DNA of 64,000 bases from Octopus sinensis (lineage: Eukaryota), in contig NC_043011.1 of NCBI RefSeq assembly GCF_006345805.1, positions 1,054,001 through 1,118,000 of the forward strand. Reading direction: 5' to 3'. The position numbers and the translations under genes are program-made. Positions 12,786 through 25,570 of the stretch are shown here, piece after piece. Positions within the stretch are counted from its first letter, which is position 1. Each line of letters starts with the position of its first letter. The notes under the pieces were generated by a model. It saw only the letters and a program-made list of their open reading frames with translations, was not told where the DNA came from and did no database searches.

Positions 12786-14480
12786 AGGGTGCTGCGAAAG
12801 TGCCATTACAGCAGCAGAAATGTGGGACATGATGGCAGAATGCTCGAGGGACAAATTGCTGGGTTTGGATCGTCAACCCTATGAACTTTACAGTTGTATG
12901 CCAGACTTGTTTGGAGACGTCTTAGCAGCAGTGTACTGCAACTGACAGCAAAATGGTAGCATCCCCGGTTTTGTGAGCTGAGGAACCATAACGCTGCTGA
13001 AGAAATACCCAAACAAGGGGGCATAATAAATAACTTTAGGCCTATCACTCTGCTCAATGCAGACTTGAAAATTTTGGCCAAGGCGTTAGCCAAGAGGTTG
13101 GTGCTCAACATCAAGAAACTGGTCGACAAGGCACAAATGTATGCTGTGCTGGGCCAGAGTATCTATGACACTCTCCATCTGATACGCTACATCATAGACA
13201 GGGTAGTTAAGGAGCCTGGTATGGGTGGGGCACTGATCAATTTGGATCAATCCAAAACTTTCGATAGGGTAGACCATCGATACTTGGAGGCTGTCCTCAT
13301 AGCGGCCGGTTTCGGTCACATCTTCCATGGCTGGATAGCTGCTTTGTACAGAGGCATTCGTTTGGTAATTTGCATAAATGGCAATGGGCTAAAAGGAAGC
13401 TGTCCCTAAAAGGTCAGGTAGAGGTGGCGAACACGTACATCACTTCCATCATCTACTACTGCCTGACCGTTGTGCCTTGTCCTGATCCTACCATCACCAA
13501 ACTAGAACACATCCTCTTCCGCTTCTTGTGGAAAGGATGCATTCCGATAGTCAGGCGATTAGTGGAGGGGAGGTACAATTATGATCTTGGGGTGAACCTA
13601 GGCATTGACGAGGAATACTTGACCTGCCTGTTCAAGATGACTTTCGAGTTGGGATCTATGGACAACTTCCAGAGATTCCTGGCCTGGCAGTGCTACCAAG
13701 AAGTGCTACCCATTCAGGATAAGCTCTACAGGCATGGCTCGAGAAACACGGGGCCGACCTGCTTGAGATGCTGTCAGCAATGAGACTGTTCTGCATGCAC
13801 TTGTACAGTGTCCAACCATTTCCAACCTGTGGGCCTATGTCAAATGACTGCTATCACGTGTGGGATGAGTCGGTTTATCAACTGAGTCTATCATGAATAT
13901 TGTCGTGCCTCCTTTCTTGAAATGGGAAGGAAGAGCCATTTTCATCGTACTTGTGGCTATGGCGAAAGAATGTGTATGGTGGATGCGTCTGAAAGGTCTA
14001 GAGACAAGCACTTTCCTCTCTGGTCAATTTCTCATCAACTTCTTCAAGTATCATTTGAAAAGGAAAGTGAGAGTAGAGAGGGAAGTTTTGTTTAGTGAAT
14101 GTTTCAAACAAAAAGATGGGTGAATGTAGCAGGGATGGCACGTGCGAATGACGAAGCCACCTTGACTATAATCCTATGAACCAGAAAAAGAAAGGAAAAA
14201 GAGAGTCACTTACCGTAATGTGTTTTTTGCATGACATTATTGCTCGAGGTTACCGTGGTCTTTTCCGTAGGCTTTTCTTTCCATGGATAAAACTAATCTG
14301 TTTTCCCTTTTTACATTGACATTTCTGTGATACACGATCCCTATTGATCAGGTTTTTTTTCCACGATAAGCTTTTCATTGAAATTCGACCCACTTTTTTC
14401 TCTTCTTCTTCCCAAAAAGAAAAGCTCTACATTGTATTTTGTTCCCTTTATATTCAGCCCTGTGTGGCCAATAAAGAAAC
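12786..14480 (+). mobile_element. Tx1/L1-clade LINE, 5'-truncated with internal deletions
   Basis: NFRPITLLNADLKILAKALAKRL, LINLDQSKTFDRVDHRYL (RT), LSLKGQVEVANTYI..FRFLWKG, then zinc-finger-like CLRC..ETVLHALVQC. 3' UTR ends cagccctgtgtggccaataaagaaa. Confidence 0.85.
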
Positions 14481-14557
14481 ATATCTCATTAGTAGTTCAT
14501 ATATTTGAAAAAGAAGCACACTCTAAGGCATTAGAGCAGTAATATATTTTTTGGGAA

Positions 14558-14725
14558 GTTAAAAGTTATGGCCAGTCATAGGGTGACCATTGGTTTTGCA
14601 CCTATAAAGTGCTTAGCAGTATAGGTGACTCGTGAGACTCAAGAGTTTGATGAGTCACCTATACTGCTAAGTGCTTTATAGGTACAAAACTAATGCCCAT
14701 TCAATGATCAACCAAAATTTTTAAC
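14558..14725. repeat. Long inverted repeat / hairpin (44-bp core arms, 20-nt loop)
   Basis: 14588-14631 pairs with 14652-14695. Weaker pairing extends to gttaaaa/ttttaac at the outer ends. Confidence 0.85.
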
Positions 14726-14845
14726 TCTAAAACACATATATATATATACATACACATACACTTATATGTGAGTGTGCATGCATGTTTTTGTGTATATGTC
14801 TGTGTATCCGCAAGACACCTGTTTTTGCTCCTTTATTTATCATGC

Positions 14846-14880
<35 letters not shown>

Positions 14881-15316
14881 TACACACACACATATATGCA
14901 CATATATTATAGGAACAGTTCTCACACCTATGGCTTTGAGAAGAGCATTGTCCCTGTATAAATGTCTGGACAGGCTAGGGAAGTACTGGTTTATTTAGGA
15001 GAAGAAAAAGACTAACCGGGTCTGAAACTTGAGCAGAATCTGAGGAACCCATCATGATATGGAAGAAGTCAATAGAGGAATCACAGGACCAATATTTGTT
15101 TTTAAACTTTGTGAGACAGTTTGCTCCCCTCTCTCAATATTATCTTAGCTTCTATAAAAAATGTTGTCTTTTAATAACAGGTATTCATCCTATAATTTCT
15201 CTATAGACCTCTTTGATATTACAGTCAGTTCCTTGGACTCTATTCAGGTTACAGTTGGTCTTTTCCTTCTCTCTCAAATAAACCAGCACTTCACTAGCCT
15301 ATCTGGAAGTTTATAT

Positions 15317-16290
15317 GTTAGTTAGTTAGTTAATTTGGCTCAAAAGCAAATAGCAAGGCCATGTAGGGGGACATGGAGTTAAGTACAGGGTGGTGTTCAT
15401 GTAAAGAGTTCAGGCCACTTGAGGTCCAGGGAGGCTTTGAACAAAGCGGTCGTTGGCATCTTCACCATCTCATCTGGCAGCTTGTTCCACGGATCCGCAA
15501 CCCGGACGGAGAAAGCTCCGCTCCTTCGATTGAGATGAAATCGTCGCAAGTAGAGCTTTTCGGAATGTCCCCGCAGCCGACGCTCTGGAGCAGGAGTGAA
15601 GAACAGCTCTTTCGAGAGGTTACACTTTCCGCTTATGATGTTGTGGGCGAGAATGAGATCACTACGGCGGCGGCGTTTTTCAAGAGAATAAAGGTCGAGC
15701 GTCCTCAGCCTTTCTTCGTAGGACAAATTTTTGAGACCATGAACCATGCGGGTAGCCAGCTTCTGGACTCTTTCGAGATGCTGTAAGTCTTTGAGGAGAT
15801 AAGGAGAAGAGGCTTGAATCCCATACTCCAATATGGGTCTCACCAGCGTGACATAGAGTGGTAGGAATATGGCTGCTGTGAGCATTCCGAATGACCGTCG
15901 AATCAAGAACAGAATTCCGTGTGCTTTGTTGGCAACATCGACGCTCTGGGCTGAAGGCGAAAAGGAGGAATCCACCAAGATACCTAGGTCCTTTACCTGA
16001 TCGGTCCTCTCCAGCAGCAGATGACCCGGCTCGAAATCAAGTTGAGTTGCAGGAGTAGAGCCGACAGGCAGATGACAGCACTTTGACACGTTCAGACACA
16101 GGTCCCAATTGTTAGACCACTTCCAAATTTGGTGGAGGCATCGACGAAGATCCTCTATATTACCGCGAGGAGCGACCAGTTTGATATCGTTGGCAAATAG
16201 AAGGGTGTGTTGCGTGAGGTCGTCGGGCAAGTCATTTATGAAGACTAAGAACAACAAGGGCCCAAGCACTGAACCTTGAGGCATATAGAG
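15317..16290 (-). mobile_element. CR1-clade LINE, 5'-truncated, RT C-terminal 295 codons open (15397-16284)
   Basis: PQGSVLGPLLFLVFINDL, LFANDIKL (FADD variant), KDLGILVD, LVRPILEY..LERVQKLATRMV..LSYEERL. Short 3' UTR with an (AACT)n tail at ~15317-15332. Confidence 0.92.
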
Positions 16291-16338
16291 ATGATGCTCT
16301 TCTCACAGCCACAGGTATATCACAGCCATCCCTTGGAC

Positions 16339-16586
16339 CTATCCAGAAGGCTCTGCACAAGTTTTTAAAAATTTATATGTCTCATTTGAAAACAAGACTA
16401 AAGAAGCTAACTTCTTAGATGGAATTCTCTCCTTTGACCTTGTTCTGCTTTTCCCTTTCCTTAACAGTTTATTTTCGCCATCATTACTATATGAAGCACA
16501 TTTGCTAATCTTCTCTTGATGAGGGGAAGCTGGGCTTATTTTAATATCTTCATGTGATATACCCATGACTTTTTTGCACATTTCAT
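16339..16586 (-). CDS. Candidate (terminal?) coding exon, ~82 codons
   Basis: aaatttcag acceptor sits at the start of an uninterrupted ORF (EMCKKVMG..AEPSG*) in unique AT-rich DNA. Confidence 0.22.
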
Positions 16587-16724
16587 CTGAAATTTATGCT
16601 TATTATGGTTATGTAATTATAAGCTTCTTGAAACAGCTCCTGGGTTTAGAAATTACATTTTCTTCATGTTTTATCATGTACTTTTAGTCTGTCTATTTTG
16701 TGCTCCATATAAATATACTTAATC

Positions 16725-16880
16725 TGTTCTAGTCACTAGGCTGCGGCCATGCTAGGGCATCACCTTGAAGAATTTTAGCTCAAGGAATCGATCCCAGGAC
16801 TTATTTTTTAAAGCCTGGTACTTATTCTATTAGTATCTCTTGCTGAAATGTTAAGTCATGGAGATGTAAACACATCAACA
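16725..16880 (-). mobile_element. SINE family A 3'-half fragment, diverged
   Basis: ctgcggccatgct..aggacttatt..tacttattctat motifs. Confidence 0.7.
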
Positions 16881-17692
16881 CGCTCATATCATAACAAAAT
16901 TTTTTGAAGTGGACTTCCTATGAATGGATCCTCTTCCCATCACCAAACCTCATCTGTTTCCAATTAAGATATTTGCTCTAGAACTTCAAACATAAATAGC
17001 ACAATGGCCTGGCATGTTTTCAGGGGAAATTGCAAACGAGTGACAACACTTGTTTGATGGTGAGTTTTTGTGACAACTGTCGTTAGATGTCAAGATAAGA
17101 AGACAAAAAGATATAGATACATACACAAACCCACAAAACTTAAATGTATCATATACACATACAGACACATATATAATAGGCTCTTTTCAGTTTCTGCTAT
17201 TAAATTTACTCACAAGATTTGGTCAGCCCAGTAGGACTGAATCTCAAAGCAAATGGTAGGAATTGACAGTTTTAATAAAAAGATAAAACCAACCCCTATA
17301 GGATTTGAACTTAGCATGTAAAGGAATGAAATATAATAATACGAAGTATCTAAATTGATACTCTGATATTTATGTCATTTAACCATAATTGGTGTATATA
17401 TTAATAGATCAATGTGGTGATGGATGTACACAAACATGTATATTGATGTGTATTGTACATGTAATATTGATTTTCTTGCATAAGAAATTACCCTTCATAA
17501 AACTGCAGATGAGAAGTTGTTATCGGAATAACCCTGTCTGTTTGATAAATATTTATTGATTGTGGAGAAGTAAATTGCTGAGTCATTTCTAGTAAAATTT
17601 CGTCACCAAATTCAGGGAAATTGGGGGAGCCAAGTGTGATTTTTATCACACCACTGTTTTGTATGATTAAATTTTAAAATTTAAATTTTAAA

Positions 17693-17857
17693 TAGGAGTA
17701 TGAGTGGCTGTGTGGTAAGTAGCTTGCTTACGAACCACATGGCTCCGGGTTCAGTCCCACTGTGTGGCACCTTGGGCAAGTGTCTTCTACTATAGCCTCG
17801 GGCCGACCAAAGCCTTGTGAGTGGATTTGGTAGATGGAAACTGAAAGAAGCCCGTCG

Positions 17858-17890
<33 letters not shown>

Positions 17891-18107
17891 ATATGTTTGT
17901 GTGTCTGTGTTTGTTCCCCAACATCGCTTGACAACCGATGCTGGTGTGTTTACGTCCCCGTAATTTAGCGGTTCAGCAAAAGAGACTGATAGAATAAGTA
18001 CTAGGCTTACAAAGAATAAGTCCTGGGGTCGATTTGCTTGACTAAAGGCGATGCTCCAGCATGGCCACAGTCAAATGACTGAAACAAATAAAAGAGTAAA
18101 AGAGTAA
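17693..18107 (+). mobile_element. SINE family A, full length
   Basis: Head, TA/TG linker and aaagagtaaaagag tail. Confidence 0.92.
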
Positions 18108-18587
18108 CCCCTCCTTTTTCCTGTCTGTATACTTATCTGTTTTAGTCTTTGTCTGTGTGTCTCTCTTGTCTCTCTTATATATAAATATATGCATATAATA
18201 TGATTTAAGAACAAATATTGAATTCAGGTTAACGAACTTTATATATCCACGCTTCTACATTTCATTACATATAAATGACACCATGACTTTTCAAATGTAA
18301 AAAAAAAAAACAGTTAAAAATCATATATATAAAAAATTATTAAATTCACAGGATCTACCTAGAAAACTTATATAAAAATTGATTAAAAATTATCTAAAAA
18401 ATAATATTGCAGTAAGTTAATTGACTAAAAATTTCAAGAGAAAAGTATATAAAATAAAATTCTACCCAACTATGAAAATTATATATAAAACGTAAAATTC
18501 AATATAGTCGTAGTCCATGATAACTACAGGAGCATGATATGAATCTAATCGGGCAACTAATCCACATCTTCCAAAAGGTAATTTAAC

Positions 18588-18993
18588 GCAGGGGTGGCTG
18601 TGTGGTAAGTAGCTTGTTTACCAACCACATGGTTCCGGGTTCAGTCCCTCTGCGTGGCACCTTGGGCAAGTGTCTTCTACTATAGCCCCGGGCCGACCAA
18701 TGCCTTGTGAGTAGATTTGGTAGACGGAAACTGAAAGAAGCCTGTCGTATATATGTATATATATATATATGCGTGTGTGTGTTTGTGTGTCTGTGTTTGT
18801 CCCCCTAGCATTGCTTGACAACCGATGCTGGTGTGTTTATGTCCCCGTCACTTAGCAGTTCGGCAAAAGAGACCGATAGAATAAGTACTGGGCTTACAAA
18901 GAATAAGTCCTCCCGGGGTCGATTTGCTCGACTAAAGGCGGTGCTCCAGCATGGCCGCAGTCAAATGACTGAAACAAGTAATAGAGTAAAAGA
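18588..18993 (+). mobile_element. SINE family A, full length
   Basis: As above. Confidence 0.92.
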
Positions 18994-19187
18994 ATATATA
19001 CACTTTGTTCTCTCTCTCTCTCTCATATAAGTATATATATATATATATATATGTATGTATATATGTATATCATCCAGTTAATGTTGTAGCTGAATGAGAA
19101 CTACTTAGGCTAAAATGGTAATTATTCAGGCTTGCTCTGCACAATCCTTCAAACTTCTGAATTAAATTAAATTAACTTTGAAGATAT

Positions 19188-19400
19188 CATCATCATTATC
19201 ACTTTAATGTTTGTGTTCCATGCTGGTTTGGGATGGATGATTTGACAGGATCCAATACGTCCAAGAACTTCATTGAGTTCCAAAGTGTGCTTTGGCATGC
19301 ATTTTCTGGCTGGATACTCTTGCTAATGACAACCACTTTACAGTGTGGACTGGTTTTCTTTTGTACCACCTGCACTACTGAGGTCACCATGCAGTTCACA
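19188..19400 (-). mobile_element. Old RTE 3'-UTR fragment
   Basis: catcatcattatc..tttaatgt..tccatgctgg..ggatgg resembles the 20779 tail region. Confidence 0.5.
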
Positions 19401-20729
19401 GAAGCCCTGAAGAGGGTGGGGTGGGGGTGGGGCTCAGCATATGCTTAGGGTTAAACCGATTATTCTGAGAGGACACTGCAGAAGGATCTGCATGGCTACT
19501 CACACCTTGTAGGGTAAAAGGTGGGGAGAGAAAGAGAAAGATAAAATGATCAGTAGAGCTGTAAGGCATAGATAATGGCAATATGGTACCAAGATGACCT
19601 CATGAGGCACAAGCTGAGTAGGAGAGGATGGGTGAGTGGTTTGCAAGATTGTATGAGAAAGTAAATAAAATGTTGGAAAGGCAGACTGCCAAAATAGATA
19701 GGGTTGAAGAATGGATAAAACAGAAACCATGAGCTGGAGAAGGCCAAGAGAAGCAGAAAAGTGAGGGTAATGAGCAGCAGGAGTAGTAAAGGAGGTGAGA
19801 AGTAAAGGGTGTTAGGAGGATATGTTGTGAGGAGTGGATTCAGCATGGATGTATTTGTGTGCAGGTAGATTCATCAGGGTGTAGAGGATGGGTAATAGAG
19901 AAGAGAGGAATACAGTGGGTGGTGAATTCAGATGAGGGAGATTTTAGAAAAATGGATTGTTGGGAAGAGTTTCTGGGAGTGAGAAAGGATAAGAGAAGGG
20001 TAAGATATAGTTTGGGTAGTCTTTGGAACCTGAAGGGGAAAAGCAGGCAAAATTCAGGGGTGAGGAAGAGTCATTGGGATAAGTGGAGAATCTAAAACAT
20101 AGCACTTCCAGAACACTTCCCGAGTGAGTATTTTTGAGAACCTCATATCACCAGAGATTCATCAGGCTCAGAGTCTTGAGGTCAGCTTTTTGTTATATTT
20201 TGGGATGATCATTTTTTTTTGTTTTGCCAAATAAAGACATGGGTGGGACAGTAGCAGAAGGGCTGGCCAGGCCAAAGCCCGCACCAGACTTCTGTGACTG
20301 TTTTGGCAGGATTTTTATGACTGAATGCCCTTCCTAACACCAACAACTCAGCAGTGTGTGTTTTACATGGTACAAGCACAGGTGAGGTGAGCAGTGCTTT
20401 TTATTTGGCACAAGCACAGGCGAGGTCAGTTACGGTAAGGTTTTTACAGTTGGCTGCTCTTCTGAACACCAACAACTTTACAGTGTGGACTGAGTGCTTT
20501 TAAGTGGCACCTGCACAGACAGGGTCACCAAGAACTTGCAAGACATTAAAAAAGAAAAAAAAACAGATGCACTATATATTTGCTCTTCATTCGTTTATTA
20601 TTGTCCTTATTTTATCTTATGTCCATTGTCTGGAAATCTTTCATCACACACTTGTGACCACTTTAGTGACTCTTCCATCCATTGTGTCTCCTCCTGTTCT
20701 GTTTAGTCCATTCTCTAATCTTGAAATAT

Positions 20730-20778
<49 letters not shown>

Positions 20779-20781
<3 letters not shown>

Positions 20782-21975
20782 TCATCATCATCATCATCAT
20801 CATCATCGTTTAAACGTCCGTTTTCCGCGCTAGCACGGGTTGGACGGTTCGACCAGGTTCTGGGAAACCAGGGGCTGCACTAGGCTCCAGTCTGATCTGG
20901 CAGTGTTTCTACAGCTGGATACCCTTCCTAACGCCAACCACTCTGCGAGTGTAGTGGGTGCTTTTGACGTGCCACCGGCACAGGTGCCAGGGGAGTCTGG
21001 CATCGGCCACGATCGGTTGGTGCTTTTAACGTGCCACCGGCACTGAAGCCAGCCAAGTCAGCGCAGGCATCGGCCACGTTTGGATGGTGCTCTTTATGTG
21101 CTACTGGCACAGAAACCAGTTGAGGCGGCGCTGGCAACGGCCACGTTCGGATGGTGCTTTTTATGTGCTACTGGCACAGGTATCACAACTACTATTTCCA
21201 TTGATATTTGTTTCGATGTTCATGTACATGCACTTGACTCAACAGGTCTCCTCAAGCACAGCGAGATGTTCTGGGATCCAAGGTACTTTGAATGGGCAGG
21301 GGCTATGCGGAACTGGTGCCGGAAGCAGCCCGGGTCTTTGCAGTCACAGCACATATCCAGAGATCTCGGTCCTTCGCCATTGCCTCAGTGAGGCCCAACG
21401 CTCTGAGGTCATGCTTGACTACCTCATCCCATGTCTTCCTGGGTCTACCTCTCCCCCTGATACCTGCAACTGTTTGGGAACGGCACTTCTTCACACATCT
21501 CTCCTCATCCATCCGCAGTACATGACCATACCATCGCAAGCGTCACTCTTGCACACTACATCTGATGCTTCTTATGTCCAGCATTTCTCTCAGGGTGCTT
21601 ACACTCTGTCGTGCATGCACACTGACATTACACATCCAGCGGATCATGCTAGCTTCATTTCTTTCAAGTCTACGCATGTCCTCTGCAGTCACGGCCCATG
21701 TTTCACTGCCGTGAAGCATGGCAGTTCGCACACATGTATCATATAATCTACCTTTCACTCTGAGTGAGAGACCTTTTGTCGCCAGTAGGGGTAGGAGCTT
21801 TCTAAACTTTGCCCAGGCTATTCGTATTCTAGTGGTGACACTCTCTGAGCATCCACCTCCACTACTAACTTGGTCACCCAGGTAGCGGAAACCATCGACT
21901 ACTTCTAGTTTCTCCCCCTGGAGTGTGATGGAATCTGTTTTCTGAGTATTTGTGGTGTCTACTGCCCCTGTCCCT
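20779..21975 (-). mobile_element. RTE-clade (BovB-like) LINE, family 1: RT C-terminus, long 3' UTR and (GAT)n tail
   Basis: LEVVDGFRYLGDQV..RIRIAWAKFRKL..LYDTCVRTAMLHGSETW, then RWYGHVLRMDEER..RGRGRPRKTW. Tail (ATC)n on + at 20779-20807. Confidence 0.92.
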
Positions 21976-22049
21976 GTGTCCCTATTGTCCCTATATATAT
22001 ATATATATATATGATACATGAATGTTTGTGTATACATGTATACCTATGT

Positions 22050-22250
22050 GTCTGACCCCACAGCTGCACGGTTGGTTTGTTCACCCCCACCCCCAACACA
22101 GCAGTTTGGCAGATAAGACTAAAAGAATAAGTACCAGACTTAAAAAAGTAAAAAGAACTGGGGTCAATTTGCTCAACTAAAACCTTTGAAGGGCCACACT
22201 CCAATGACTGAAACCAGTAAAAGATAAAAATAAAAGCTTCAAGATAAAAG
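22050..22250 (+). mobile_element. SINE family A 3'-half fragment, diverged
   Basis: gaataagtaccag..ctggggtcaatttgctcaactaaa..actccaatgactgaaacc, then an aaaagat tail. Confidence 0.6.
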
Positions 22251-22277
22251 ATAAAAAGTATATATATATATATGTGC

Positions 22278-22312
<35 letters not shown>

Positions 22313-22450
22313 CATACATATATACTCCAAGGGCACTGATATTGTGTCTAAAGCCAGCTAGAGACGACGATCTCTTGGGGCTATAAAGCTACAGTAACAC
22401 CCCCTCCCCAATGTGGTTAGCCATGATAAGATGGCTTCTATACTTTACAT

Positions 22451-22490
<40 letters not shown>

Positions 22491-22492
<2 letters not shown>

Positions 22493-22797
22493 GAGGCGCA
22501 ATGGCCCAGTGGTTAGGGCAGTGGACCGGCAGTCGTGGGATCGCAGTTTCGATTCCCAGACCGGGCGTTGTGAGTGTTTATTGAATCAAAAAAACCTAAA
22601 ACTCCACGAGACTCCGACAGGGGGGGAGGGGTGATCCCTGCTGTACTCTTTCGCCACAACTTTCTCTCAATTCTTTCTTCTGTAGGCCTGCTCACTTAGC
22701 CAGTGGGGGTGGCATCATTTGAAGGCTAAAACAATGCGAAGCGCATTGTGACCAGCAATGTGTAGCAACTTCTGATAGCCTGGTTGATCACGGTGAT
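22491..22797 (+). mobile_element. SINE family C
   Basis: tggaggcgcaatggcccagtggttagg head, end gatcacggtgat. Confidence 0.9.
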
Positions 22798-22800
22798 ATA

Positions 22801-22840
<40 letters not shown>

Positions 22841-22974
22841 CATATATACTCCAAGGGCACTGATATTGTGTCTAAAGCCAGCTAGAGACGACGATCTCTT
22901 GGGGCTATAAAGCTACAGTAACACCCCCTCCCCAATGTGGTTAGCCATGATAAGATGGCTTCTATACTTTACAT

Positions 22975-23014
<40 letters not shown>

Positions 23015-23016
<2 letters not shown>

Positions 23017-23321
23017 GAGGCGCAATGGCCCAGTGGTTAGGGCAGTGGACCGGCAGTCGTGGGATCGCAGTTTCGATTCCCAGACCGGGCGTTGTGAGTG
23101 TTTATTGAATCAAAAAAACCTAAAACTCCACGAGACTCCGACAGGGGGGGAGGGGTGATCCCTGCTGTACTCTTTCGCCACAACTTTCTCTCAATTCTTT
23201 CTTCTGTAGGCCTGCTCACTTAGCCAGTGGGGGTGGCATCATTTGAAGGCTAAAACAATGCGAAGCGCATTGTGACCAGCAATGTGTAGCAACTTCTGAT
23301 AGCCTGGTTGATCACGGTGAT
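23015..23321 (+). mobile_element. SINE family C (duplicated copy)
   Basis: Same sequence as 22491-22797. Confidence 0.9.
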
Positions 23322-23324
23322 ATA

Positions 23325-23377
<53 letters not shown>

Positions 23378-23940
23378 ATATCAAAATATATATTTGTTAA
23401 AATATATGATAATTATATTTTCATTTTCTTTTCCTTATTTCATATTTATTGGAACTTCACTTTTCACAGACGACACTCATATTCTCCTTCACTTCTGCCA
23501 CTATCTAACGGAGAGTGTTTTCTTGTACTTTCTTATATTCCCTGATAAGAGTGAGCTTAAAGCATTTTCTTCCTACCACACAAACTTCTTTCAATTTCCA
23601 CTTGAGGCTGCATTTTTCTCTTCTCAAATGCAATGTGAACACAATGCATCCCTTAAAATTCTGGAGATTGTCTTTCCTTGAAATCAATATTGATTTATTT
23701 GTACCCTAGAGCTATGAAATGCATACCCTATCCCTATGGAATATTATCATTTTGACATAAAATTGAATATTGTATGACACCCTATAAACCGAAATATTTA
23801 TTGCATACTTAATATGATAGTAGCTTTCTCTTGTTTCGTGTGGTGGCTGCACAGATGACAGGGAAGGAGTAATTAAAAGTGCACTGGAAGCGTCAATGCT
23901 GCTCATCTCATTTGGATGGGGACAAAATTGTTGAGCTCAC

Positions 23941-24046
23941 TTGTTGACGGCAGACGAGGGTCCTCTCCTGCAGTGCAGCTTGCATGCAGAATATTGCCAT
24001 CACTTAGAAACTGAGCAGATTTTGCATAGACAAAGTAAAGGAACAG
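23941..24046 (-). CDS. Candidate coding exon (LFLYFVYAKSAQFLSDGNILHASCTAGEDPRLPST)
   Basis: tgattttcag acceptor, gtgagc donor, locally higher GC, non-repetitive within the window. Confidence 0.25.
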
Positions 24047-24099
24047 CTGAAAATCAATGAAGTGACATGCTTGCAACCAGGCGGGCAGGCATGCATGCA

Positions 24100-24435
24100 T
24101 ACATACATACATACATACTTACATACATACTTACATACATACGTACATACATACCTACATACCTATATACATAAATACATACATACCTACATATATACAT
24201 ACATACCTACATACATACCTACATACATACATACAAACAAACATACAAACATACATACATACAAACATACATACATACATACATACATACATACATACAT
24301 ACATACATACCTACCTACATACCTATATACATACCTACCTACCTACCTACCTACCTACCTACATACATACATACATACATACATACCTACATACATACAT
24401 ACCTACATACATACCTACATACATACATACATACA
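24100..24435. repeat. (TACA)n/(TACC)n microsatellite
   Basis: Direct tandem array. Confidence 0.95.
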
Positions 24436-24774
24436 TGTTTCATTAATGACACAACTGTGTTTGCATTTTAACATTTTTATTAGAAACCTTTCCTATTTTC
24501 ATATCTGTTTCTTGCTAGCTTTGAATAATAAACTTTCTAAACAGGTACTCAACGTTTCCAGATCCTCACAGCTTCAGTTTCAAGATTGAAATAGATTTCA
24601 CATCTGCATTGCTTCTTATATACTGTCGAAATTGTTGTAGACTTTTCTGTTGTTATTTTAAGAGTACTAAAGTATTAACTTGCATAGTTTTGACTATTAA
24701 GATTTCAGGTCACCCATGTGCTATTTTTCCGTTTCTTTTTCATAGTTGTTTTGTATGTGTGTGTGTGGGTGAGT

Positions 24775-25005
<231 letters not shown>

Positions 25006-25044
25006 TATATTCTTATATTCTTTTTTTTATTCTTTTACTTGTTT

Positions 25045-25570
25045 CAGTAATTTTACTGTGGCTGTGCTGGAGCACCACCTTTAGTTGAACAAATCAACCC
25101 CAGAACTTATCCTTTGTAAGCCTAGTGCTTATTCTATCAAACTCTTTTGCCAAACCACTAAGTTATGGGGATGCAAATACACCAACATCGGTTGTCAAGC
25201 AATGGTGGTGGTGCAATCATACACACACCACACACACACACACACATACAACAGGCTTCTTTCAGTTTCTGCTTCCCAAATTCACTCACAAAGCTTTGGT
25301 TGACCCGAGACTATAGTAGAAGACACTTGCCCAAGGTGTCATGCAGTTGGACTGAAACTGGTTGGGAAGCAAACTTCTTACCACATAGCTACACTTTCTT
25401 TAATTCTTTTACTTGTTTCAGTCATTTGACTACAGCCATGCTGGAGCACTGCCTTGAAGGGTTTTAGTTGAATAAATCATCCCCAGGACTTATTCTTTTA
25501 AGCCTTGTACTAATTTGATTGGTGTCTTTTGCTGAACCACTAAGTTACAGGTATGTAAACGCACCAGCAC
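25045..25570 (-). mobile_element. SINE family A (25045-25392) plus an adjacent 3'-half copy (25405-25570)
   Basis: Family A motifs on the minus strand, moderately diverged. Confidence 0.8.

Larger units (their letters stand above)
22277..23324. repeat. Tandem duplication, 2 x 524 bp
   Basis: Identical ORF pairs offset by exactly 524 (22413/22937, 22513/23037). No differences seen on read-through. Confidence 0.92.

Noticed and set aside
14605-14615. TAAAGTGCTTA, identical to the 5' end of vertebrate miR-20a
   Set aside because: The miR-17/20 family is vertebrate, the rest of the sequence diverges, and an 11-nt match is expected by chance.
15373-15786. 137-aa plus-strand ORF and similar antisense ORFs over LINEs (13086, 21084, 32891, 33287, 37703)
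   Set aside because: They are shadow frames of recognisable RT coding sequence on the other strand or frame.
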